This document shows positions 25,909 to 32,109 of a stretch of DNA of 49,959 nucleotides, in pieces. The first letter of the stretch is position 1. Each line of letters starts with the position of its first letter. The stretch is from the NCBI GenBank assembly GCA_043819385.1, contig JBDREW010000023.1, positions 1 through 49,959 of the forward strand, read 5' to 3'. Made by a program: the position numbers and the translations under genes. This DNA comes from Candidatus Nealsonbacteria bacterium. Its GTDB lineage: Bacteria; Patescibacteriota; Minisyncoccia; Minisyncoccales; GWA2-38-27. Below the pieces are notes generated by a model. It saw only the letters and a list, made by a program, of their open reading frames with translations, was not told the origin of the DNA and ran no database searches.

Positions 25909-27211
25909 TTGATATTATCTTTTCAATATTATAAACGCCCTTTTTTTCTATTTTGATAAATCCTTCCATCGCTGCTTCGGCAAATCTTCCACCATTTATA
26001 CAATCAAAAAGCCATTGATCAACATAATTCGGATTGCCTTGTGCTATTCCTGACCCAACTCTTAAAAGCCATTTTCTATTTAAATCTTCTTGCGAACCGA
26101 TTGATGGAGCAATCATAATAGGCACACCTAATCCAGAATAAAAAGAAAGTTCACTTGGTTTTGTCCATAAAATATCTGTTTTTCGAAGTTTTTGATTAAA
26201 TTTATCAAAATATTTATAAATATCTTTGTCATATAATATTTCAATATTTTTATCTAAAACTGGTTTTAAACCAAGATGTTGAATTTCTTCCCAAAAATAA
26301 TCTCTTACTTTTTCTCTAATTCCTGCTGATAAAATTATTTTTATTTCTCCCTTTTTAATTCTTTCAGATAAATTTTTAACAAATCTAATTGCCATTTCTT
26401 TTTGTGCTCCAGCTCCTCCAATAGAAAATAATATTGTCAAAGGATGATCTGCCACTTTTGGTAATGGCCCTAAATTTATTTCAATCAATTTATTATATTT
26501 TTTACTATATTCTTTTTTAGGATCTAAATTGAAAAGACGATATCTTAAATCATTTTTTAAAATTTCCATTTCTTCTGTTCCAATGTTTTCTATTGGTAAT
26601 GGAAAACCAGTTAAAAAAATGTTTTTTGGTTTTACCCCATAAAGCTTTAATCTATCTCTTGTCCAAGAATTAGGAGCAAAATACTTAATTCTACTTTTCT
26701 TCGGATATAATGGGGCCCAAGCCCTAGCGATGTCAGCATCACAAATAACACAATAAATATCTCTGGGATAATCAAAAATTTCTGCCATAAAAGCTGATGT
26801 AAAAAATGTCGTTATAAACGGCACTTTCTTTTTTTTAAGTTTTTCAATCAAATGCTTGCCCCATTCTTTTTTGATAATAATAGAAAACATTTTCCTAAGA
26901 AGAAGACTTGACTTTGATAGATCTCTCCTTGGATAAAAATTAGGAATTTCTTGAATTTTATTGTAAAGATAAAAAATAAAATCACCTATAAAAGGAATTT
27001 TCTTAAATCTGGAAATAAATTCGTAAAAATTTCTGCTTGATTTCCAAATTTTCTTATCTTTTTCAGGAATTCCTTTATAGCTATTAGCATTTATAATCTT
27101 ATTGTCAAAAGCAACTTTTTTTAATGGATAAGCGGTTCTTTGATGACCATAACCCATATTAACTGCAACAACCCATGCTTTATTGTTTTTAATTGTATTT
27201 TTTTCTTCCAT
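25895..27211 (-). CDS. GT-B glycosyltransferase (GT28/MGDG-synthase-like)
   Basis: 438-aa ORF. N-terminal VAVNMGYGHQRTAYPL and the C-terminal half FSIGGAGAQKE...PSELSFYSGLGVPI resemble MurG/MGDG-synthase-type enzymes. It overlaps the nagZ-like gene by 14 nt. Confidence 0.6.
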   Translation of the reverse strand: MEEKNTIKNNKAWVVAVNMGYGHQRTAYPLKKVAFDNKIINANSYKGIPEKDKKIWKSSRNFYEFISRFKKIPFIGDFIFYLYNKIQEIPNFYPRRDLSKSSLLLRKMFSIIIKKEWGKHLIEKLKKKKVPFITTFFTSAFMAEIFDYPRDIYCVICDADIARAWAPLYPKKSRIKYFAPNSWTRDRLKLYGVKPKNIFLTGFPLPIENIGTEEMEILKNDLRYRLFNLDPKKEYSKKYNKLIEINLGPLPKVADHPLTILFSIGGAGAQKEMAIRFVKNLSERIKKGEIKIILSAGIREKVRDYFWEEIQHLGLKPVLDKNIEILYDKDIYKYFDKFNQKLRKTDILWTKPSELSFYSGLGVPIMIAPSIGSQEDLNRKWLLRVGSGIAQGNPNYVDQWLFDCINGGRFAEAAMEGFIKIEKKGVYNIEKIISNETY

Positions 27212-27292
27212 TTTTTCTTGTCCTTACATTATCCCGCCTTCTATGCTAAATGTTAATTCATACGCTTAGAAGGCGGGACTAGTTGTGATGGA
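27212..27292. repeat. ~80-bp hairpin-containing repeat, copy 2, abutting the start codon of the GT28-like gene
   Basis: Stem TCCCGCCTTCTA (27232-27243) / TAGAAGGCGGGA (27267-27278). The reverse complement matches 19782-19862 at about 90% by eye. Confidence 0.85.
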
Positions 27293-27322
27293 TTAATTTT
27301 CAAATTTTTAATTTTTCTATTT

Positions 27323-27343
27323 CTCTCCCGAGACCCGACCTCT
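27323..27343. repeat. Half copy (5' arm only) of the GC-rich palindromic repeat
   Basis: CTCTCCCGAGACCCGACCTCT without the 3' arm. Confidence 0.7.
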
Positions 27344-27424
27344 ATTATTAAAACTCATAAATTAAAACTCATAACTTTTTAAAATCTAAATTTCCCTAGC
27401 TTTCTCTTTTCTTCTCCCTCCCCC

Positions 27425-27476
27425 GAGCCCCGACCCCTAAAAAACTTCCTCTCCCTCTCGAGAGAGGTCAGGGCTC
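27425..27476. repeat. GC-rich palindromic intergenic repeat (family copy)
   Basis: GAGCCCCGACCCCT-aaaaaacttcctctccctctcg-AGAGAGGTCAGGGCTC. Confidence 0.85.
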
Positions 27477-27593
27477 TTTCCAGCTTTCACTCTTACTTTT
27501 TTTTAATTTTTTAAGTTTTTAAGTTTTTATTATTATATTTTAACCTTTTCAAAACCAAAATACAAGAAAAAAATGTTGAAAAGTTATAATAAT

Positions 27594-27622
27594 TTGACAT
27601 TATTTTAAAATTAAATTATTAT
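27594..27622 (+). promoter_or_regulatory. Sigma-70-type promoter TTGACA-17-TATTAT for the plus-strand RNA array
   Basis: TTGACA at 27594-27599 and TATTAT at 27617-27622. Confidence 0.55.
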
Positions 27623-27629
27623 TAAAAAT

Positions 27630-27745
27630 AGTTCTCTTCCCTGAAAGCAAGATAAGGGCTTGAAAAACAACAGAGAAATTAGCCCATCGGAAAAGCTTAC
27701 TAATGCTGTAAGAAAAACACCAGTCCCTTATCTTGCTTTTTATCC
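27630..27745 (+). ncRNA. Candidate small RNA M1 (12-bp closing helix, ~66-nt interior, U-tail)
   Basis: GCAAGATAAGGG (27648-27659) pairs perfectly with CCCTTATCTTGC (27726-27737), followed by TTTTTAT. There is an internal hairpin CTTAC-taatgct-GTAAG. No ORF. Confidence 0.4.
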
Positions 27746-27794
27746 TTATTGCGAAATATTTTTCGCAAAAAATTATAGTTCTTTCTATCTATAA

Positions 27795-27840
27795 AAGCTC
27801 TTGACAGAAACCTTCCCAGGTGCTCTCGTTTAGAGCTTTT
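27795..27840 (+). ncRNA. Module M2, a hairpin enclosing CTCTTGACA and CCCAGGTGCT, paralogous to 45683-45803
   Basis: AAAGCTCT (27795-27802) pairs with AGAGCTTT (27833-27840), then TTT. It shares the blocks AAAAGCTCTTGACA, CCCAGGTGCT and AGAGCTTTTTG with the rpsG-fusA spacer. Confidence 0.35.
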
Positions 27841-27842
27841 TG

Positions 27843-27933
27843 GGGGCTTAAGGTATGTCTGCATGAACGCTTATGCCAAAAGCTAACTCACGCAAGACAA
27901 AGGTATAACATCCCTTCCTTAAGTCCCCTTTTA
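27843..27933 (+). ncRNA. Candidate small RNA M3 (12-bp closing helix plus U-tail)
   Basis: GGGGGCTTAAGG (27843-27854) pairs with CCTTAAGTCCCC (27918-27929) with one mismatch, followed by TTTT. The interior is about 63 nt and has GTCTGC / GCAAGAC pairing. Confidence 0.4.
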
Positions 27934-27946
27934 AAAAAGTAGCAAG

Positions 27947-28037
27947 GGGGAAAGAGAGTTTTAAGAGAAAAAAATCGTAACTCTTTTTAGAGAACTTGTA
28001 GTTCTCAAACTCTTTAATTCTCTCTTTCCCTTTTTTC
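27947..28037 (+). ncRNA. Candidate small RNA M4 (11-bp closing helix plus U-tail)
   Basis: GGGAAAGAGAG (27949-27959) pairs with CTCTCTTTCCC (28021-28031), followed by TTTTTT. There is an internal hairpin GAGAAC-ttgta-GTTCTC. Confidence 0.4.
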
Positions 28038-28123
28038 TATAATTCTCATTTCCTTTAATATTTATAGTTCTTTATTTCTATCAAAAGACCTTGTAAAATA
28101 CTTGATCTTTTTTCTTTCAGATA

Positions 28124-28153
28124 TTGACAAATTATAGTTTATTGTGGTATAAT
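28124..28153 (+). promoter_or_regulatory. Strong promoter with extended -10 (TTGACA-18-TGGTATAAT), cassette 2
   Basis: TTGACA at 28124-28129 and TATAAT at 28148-28153. TGGTATAATATgGAtAGTAAATTA is nearly identical to 14905-14928. Confidence 0.7.
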
Positions 28154-28200
28154 ATGGATAGTAAATTAGCCCTTTCACTTCACTTTTGAGGAGATATGTA

Positions 28201-28461
28201 ATGACTACCAAAGAGTTTGCTTTCTTCGTCGCCGATTTGTGTATAGGCATAAAAAACTCTGCGCAATTCGAAGGAGGTTGTATTCGTTGTTGCAGTCAAA
28301 ATCCATTGTCCTTCGCCGAGATGGTTGCTAATCATCTTGATGATGAGAAACTCTATGATCTTACCCAAAAATTAGGTGGTGGAGATTTCCATCGCCTATG
28401 CCCTACGCCGAGAGAGTTTCTCACTGCCCTGTCGGAGGTTGTTTCTCCACTTGAGCCGTGA
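28201..28461 (+). CDS. Small (86 aa) acidic protein, opposite-strand cassette 2
   Basis: The ATG at 28201 is preceded by GAGGAG 7 nt upstream. The track ORF starts at a TTG at 28186. My hand count gives about 45% G+C. No homology recognised (contains CIGIK...GGCIRCC). Confidence 0.45.
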   Translation: MTTKEFAFFVADLCIGIKNSAQFEGGCIRCCSQNPLSFAEMVANHLDDEKLYDLTQKLGGGDFHRLCPTPREFLTALSEVVSPLEP

Positions 28462-28481
28462 ATTCTATCCATCTATTCTCC

Positions 28482-28514
28482 AAAACCCTGCGATACAATA
28501 TCAAGGGGTTTTTT
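28482..28514 (+). terminator. Conserved terminator, cassette 2
   Basis: AAAACCCTGCGATACAATATCAAGGGGTTTTTT. It ends 4 nt before the convergent comEC stop codon. Confidence 0.7.
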
Positions 28515-28517
28515 CTT

Positions 28518-30119
28518 TTAATAATTTAAAAATTTTAATTTTTGTTTTTTATTTAAATAATAAACTAATAAAGTTAAAATTAAATAATAAACTACAATCC
28601 AAAACCAATTAAAATTATCAATTGACTTTACTGCCCAATTTTTAGAGAAAAAATCTGTTATTTTCAATAAATAAAAAAGTAAAAACCAAACAGGAATAGA
28701 AAATATTAATCCTAAAAAACTCCAAATCATTCCGAGAAAAACAAAAATAAATCCAAAAATCATAATTAAAGGAACAATCGGCAAAATCAAGATATTAGTT
28801 AAAGGAGAAACTAATGAGACCTGCCCAAAATTATAAATTAAAATAGGAAAAGTAAAAATATATGCAGAAAATGTCATTATTAAGATATTATTGATATTAA
28901 TAATTATTTTATTTTTTCTTAAAAAATTTGGATATAGTTTTTGAAATAAATTTTTTAAAATAGGTCCAAAATTAATTATTCCAATTACAGCTAAAAAAGA
29001 AAGTTGAAATCCAACATCTCCCAACAAAAGTAAAGGATTAAAAAATAACATTACTGATCCAACAATTACTATTGTTCTTGAACTAATTGATTTTCTGCCT
29101 ACTTTTTGAGCCAAAAGAAAAAGCATACCCATTATTCCAGCTCTAATAGCTGAAACTTGCAAGCCAGTCATAACCACAAAAAGAAAAATAAGTATCACTG
29201 AAAAATAAAATGCTTGCCCGCGCCAAAATCCTAAACCAATCAACAAAGACATTAAAATACTTGATAAAATCACGATATGCATTCCAGAAACAGCCGTAAT
29301 ATGACGAATACCAGCAATATTTAATTTTTCTTTCATTTCTTGAGGAATTCTATTTTTATCACCTAAAATCATAGCTCCTAAAATAAATGCTTGTGAATAT
29401 TCAAGATTTTGATAAATATTCTTTCTTAATACTTCCTTAAACCCCAAAACCCTCCTATAAAACCTAGAGAATATAGAGACCCGATCTCTATACTGGCTAT
29501 TTTGGGTTTTAATTTCTGGATAATAAATTACTGAATATATTCCTGTTTTAGACAAATAATCCTTATAATTAAAATCATCAAAAATAATAGGAGTTTGTAA
29601 CTTTCCTTTAACTTTTAATCTATCTCCATGTTTATATTTCGGATATTTTCCAACAGTAATTAAAACTTTTTCTTTTTCAAAATTATTATACTCTAAAACA
29701 TCATATTCATTGCAAGATTCATTGCTAGGCCCGTCCTCGCAAACTTGCGAGGACGGGCCTAGCAATGTTTTTAAGCTCTCAACTCTAATAGTTAATTTTT
29801 GATTATTTTCTCTAATATCTGGTTCATCAATAATTATACCTGTTAAAATAACATCTCTTTCTAAATCATTATATTTCTCTAATTGATTATTTTTAATTTT
29901 TAATTCTGCTTTTTGATGTTGAAAAACTCCAAAATTTAAAAAAATTAAGCAAAAACTAAAAATAACTATTTTTTTAAATTTCCAGAAACCAATGATTAAA
30001 ATTATACTTGAAAATAAAATCAGTAATATTAAAAAATAAGGAATTACAAAAATAGAACTTAAAAAAATGCCTATTATAAAAAAGAGGCAAAAAATAAAAA
30101 AAATTCTTGACTTTGTCAT
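28518..30119 (-). CDS. comEC: ComEC/Rec2-family DNA internalisation channel (no metallo-beta-lactamase domain)
   Basis: 533-aa polytopic ORF. The N-terminal TM pair plus soluble OB-like segment and the Competence domain (AGIRHITAVSGMHI) are conserved. Confidence 0.85.
   Translation of the reverse strand: MTKSRIFFIFCLFFIIGIFLSSIFVIPYFLILLILFSSIILIIGFWKFKKIVIFSFCLIFLNFGVFQHQKAELKIKNNQLEKYNDLERDVILTGIIIDEPDIRENNQKLTIRVESLKTLLGPSSQVCEDGPSNESCNEYDVLEYNNFEKEKVLITVGKYPKYKHGDRLKVKGKLQTPIIFDDFNYKDYLSKTGIYSVIYYPEIKTQNSQYRDRVSIFSRFYRRVLGFKEVLRKNIYQNLEYSQAFILGAMILGDKNRIPQEMKEKLNIAGIRHITAVSGMHIVILSSILMSLLIGLGFWRGQAFYFSVILIFLFVVMTGLQVSAIRAGIMGMLFLLAQKVGRKSISSRTIVIVGSVMLFFNPLLLLGDVGFQLSFLAVIGIINFGPILKNLFQKLYPNFLRKNKIIININNILIMTFSAYIFTFPILIYNFGQVSLVSPLTNILILPIVPLIMIFGFIFVFLGMIWSFLGLIFSIPVWFLLFYLLKITDFFSKNWAVKSIDNFNWFWIVVYYLILTLLVYYLNKKQKLKFLNY
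29468..29496. repeat. AGAATATAGAG..CTCTATACTGG hairpin repeat located in frame inside comEC
   Basis: Stem TATAGAGA (29472-29479) / TCTCTATA (29485-29492). It shares its flanks with the 5837 and 5881 copies and encodes QYRDRVSIF. Confidence 0.8.
29720..29767. repeat. GC-rich 48-bp palindrome (23-bp perfect arms) in frame inside comEC
   Basis: CATTGCTAGGCCCGTCCTCGCAA-ac-TTGCGAGGACGGGCCTAGCAATG. It encodes LLGPSSQVCEDGPSN. Confidence 0.9.
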
Positions 30120-30141
30120 TTCTTTATATTATCATAAAATA

Positions 30142-30401
30142 TGCAAAGCATTCTCTTGTGTAACGAGGGGAAAGGAGAGATTCAAGCATTGCTCATCAAA
30201 GACAGAAAGCCTCGGAACCCGCTAGGAACCAATCCGACCATCTCACTTTGTTGGAAAAATTCTTAATCCTTCTTTCCCCTCTATTTTAGTTCTTTTCTTG
30301 AAGTTCTTTCGCTCAACTCAGGAACAAAATTTTACCACTACTGAGTAAACCCGCTCTTTTGTTCCCACCTTAAAGGCCTATATTCATAGGCCTATTTTTT
30401 T
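30142..30401 (+). ncRNA. Candidate structured plus-strand RNA(s) between comEC and nrdG
   Basis: Possible promoter TTGACT (30107-30112)-17-TATCAT. GAGGGGAAAG (30165-30174) pairs with CTTTCCCCTC (30272-30281) around a ~97-nt interior that is more G+C-rich than the background. Next come the competing helices ACTCAG / CTGAGT and GGAACAAAA / TTTTGTTCC. It ends in the strong terminator AGGCCTAT-attc-ATAGGCCT-ATTTTTTT (30374-30401). No ORF. Confidence 0.4.
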
Positions 30402-30492
30402 ATTATAAATGACAAATTATTTTTCTGCCCTTGACCAATTATTTATATATATTAAAATAAATAAAAGAACATTATTAATTTAAAATAAAAAT

Positions 30493-30582
30493 ATGGATGA
30501 CAAAGTTTCAGTTACAATAGCTATAATAGCATCACTTGTTGTTAGTTATTTACTTGGTTTTTTATCTGTAAATATTTTTTAA
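30493..30582 (+). CDS. Possible 29-aa hydrophobic micropeptide
   Basis: ATG..TAA encodes MDDKVSVTIAIIASLVVSYLLGFLSVNIF (one TM helix), followed by a hairpin terminator. There is no clear SD, so this is speculative. Confidence 0.2.
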   Translation: MDDKVSVTIAIIASLVVSYLLGFLSVNIF

Positions 30583-30596
30583 GAATTAAATACAAT

Positions 30597-30637
30597 AAAA
30601 AAACAACAAAAATATGTTTGTTTTTGTTGTTTTTTTA
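30597..30637. terminator. AT-rich bidirectional hairpin terminator
   Basis: AAACAACAAAAA-tatgtttg-TTTTTGTTGTTT, flanked by A and T runs. It lies downstream of both the micropeptide ORF (+) and nrdG (-). Confidence 0.5.
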
Positions 30638-30677
30638 TATTTGATTTTTCTATCTTTATATTATTTTGACATTTAAT

Positions 30678-30745
30678 AATTTTAATTTTTAATTTGTCAT
30701 TTTAATTTTTAATTTGTCATTTTAATTTTTAATTTTTGATTTTTG
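30678..30745. repeat. AT-rich ~20-bp tandem repeat (ATTTTAATTTTTAATTTGTC, 2 copies plus a partial copy)
   Basis: Read directly. It lies just 3' of the nrdG stop codon. Confidence 0.7.
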
Positions 30746-30751
30746 ATTTTT

Positions 30752-31471
30752 CTATCTTATTTCGCAAACTTCAAAAAAAGGAGAAATTGCTTTTTTAATA
30801 TTTAAAATATATTCATCAGAATATGGTTTCATTTTTTCAAATACTAAATCAATAGTTTTTTCAGGCCTAAAATTTTGAAGATAATATTTTTTAGCTCCTG
30901 ATATTTCTTTAACAATAGAAATAATATCTTTTTTTGTATGAATACCAGGCACAATAGTTGTTCTAAATTCATAATCAATCCCAGAATTCTTAATAATATC
31001 AATACTATTTTTTATTTTATCTAAATCTATTTTTACGCCTATTATTTTTTCATATTTTGAATTTATATTAGATTCTGATTTTTCTAAAGGTCCTTTGATG
31101 TCCATTGCAACATAATCAATCATTTTCTTATTTATTAAATCTTTTAACATCTCAGGATTTGAACCATTAGTATCTAATTTAACTACATATCCCATATCCT
31201 TAATTTTTTGAATAAACTTTGGTAATTCTTCGTTAACGGTTGGTTCTCCCCCACAAATAACAACACCCTCTAATAATTCTTTTCTTATTTCTAAAAAATC
31301 AAAAAAATCATTTTCTGATATTTTGGGTTGATTTTTTATTTTTTCCGGTAAAACAAGTTCTGATGAATAACAAAAACCACATCTAAAATTACAACTGCTT
31401 AAAAAAACCGTAGTTGCTAATTTGCTTGGATAATCAATTAAAGTAAGATGTTGTATTCCGCCTATGTTCAT
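30752..31471 (-). CDS. nrdG: Anaerobic ribonucleotide reductase activating protein (radical SAM)
   Basis: 239-aa ORF. CNFRCGFC is the CxxxCxxC cluster motif, GGEPT is present, and it neighbours nrdD. Confidence 0.9.
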   Translation of the reverse strand: MNIGGIQHLTLIDYPSKLATTVFLSSCNFRCGFCYSSELVLPEKIKNQPKISENDFFDFLEIRKELLEGVVICGGEPTVNEELPKFIQKIKDMGYVVKLDTNGSNPEMLKDLINKKMIDYVAMDIKGPLEKSESNINSKYEKIIGVKIDLDKIKNSIDIIKNSGIDYEFRTTIVPGIHTKKDIISIVKEISGAKKYYLQNFRPEKTIDLVFEKMKPYSDEYILNIKKAISPFFEVCEIR

Positions 31472-31582
31472 AAGTATTAAGTATTAAGTATTAAAATTAT
31501 TGACTATTTTGTATTTCATTGACATTTATTAAGATATAATGTATAAATTAGTTAGTTAACTTGTTCTTTTTACAAAAAGGAG

Positions 31583-31867
31583 ATGATTATGAGCTTTATA
31601 AGTGGTCTTGGTAGTTCTTCTTATTCAGATCCAGATGATTGGGAAGATAAAGATGAAGAATATAGCAAAGAAGATATAGAAAAGCTTTGTGAAGAGGCGG
31701 AAGAAGAATGGCAAAAGAAAAAAGAAAGACGGGAAGAAGGAATAAAAGATATGGAATCTTTTCATAGATTTATGGAAAAGCCGTTAGTCCAATTAATAAC
31801 AATTTTTCTAACGATAGGTTTCTTTGCTTCGATAATAATATACTGGTTTAGATCTTTGATCTTTTAA
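31583..31867 (+). CDS. Small acidic protein with a C-terminal TM anchor, opposite-strand cassette 3
   Basis: 94-aa ORF. AAGGAG abuts the first ATG, so the ATG at 31589 is the more likely start. The middle is D/E/K-rich and the C-terminus (LITIFLTIGFFASIIIYWF) is hydrophobic. It is followed by the family terminator. Confidence 0.5.
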   Translation: MIMSFISGLGSSSYSDPDDWEDKDEEYSKEDIEKLCEEAEEEWQKKKERREEGIKDMESFHRFMEKPLVQLITIFLTIGFFASIIIYWFRSLIF

Positions 31868-31887
31868 TCACAAACAATAATTTCATT

Positions 31888-31918
31888 TAAACCCTGCGAC
31901 TATATCAAAGGGTTTTTT
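31888..31918 (+). terminator. Conserved terminator, cassette 3
   Basis: TAAACCCTGCGACTATATCAAAGGGTTTTTT. Confidence 0.7.
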
Positions 31919-31971
31919 CTTTATTATAAATTTAAAATTACAAATTAAAAAAGAGAGAAGAAAGCTGGGAA

Positions 31972-32025
31972 GAGACCCGACCTCTCTTAGAGAGGGAGAG
32001 GAAGTTTTTTTAGAGGTCGGGTCTC
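31972..32025. repeat. GC-rich palindromic intergenic repeat, the only inverted-orientation copy
   Basis: GAGACCCGACCTCT-cttagagagggagaggaagttttttt-AGAGGTCGGGTCTC, with perfect 14-bp arms. The loop is the reverse complement of the loop in the other copies. Confidence 0.9.
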
Positions 32026-32109
32026 GGGAGAGGAATAGAAAAATTAAAAATTAAATTAAATAACCCTTTACAGGGTTATTATATCTTATTTCTAAAAAAT
32101 ACAAAAGAG

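Noticed and set aside
27798-27807. CTCTTGACA at 27798-27807 as a promoter -35
   Set aside because: No -10-like hexamer follows at 16-19 nt. The block lies inside a hairpin (27795-27840) and is conserved as part of the motif shared with 45687-45696. This also lowers confidence in the promoter call at 45690.
28062-28612. Track ORFs 28062..28250 (-), 28180..28368 (-) and 28376..28612 (+)
   Set aside because: They are antisense to or overlap the better-supported cassette-2 ORF, its promoter and its terminator. They have no RBS and are artefacts of a GC-rich patch.
30493-30582. Confident annotation of the 29-aa hydrophobic ORF as a type I toxin-like peptide
   Set aside because: There is no SD, the composition is AT-rich, and such an ORF could arise by chance. 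It is retained only as a low-confidence feature.
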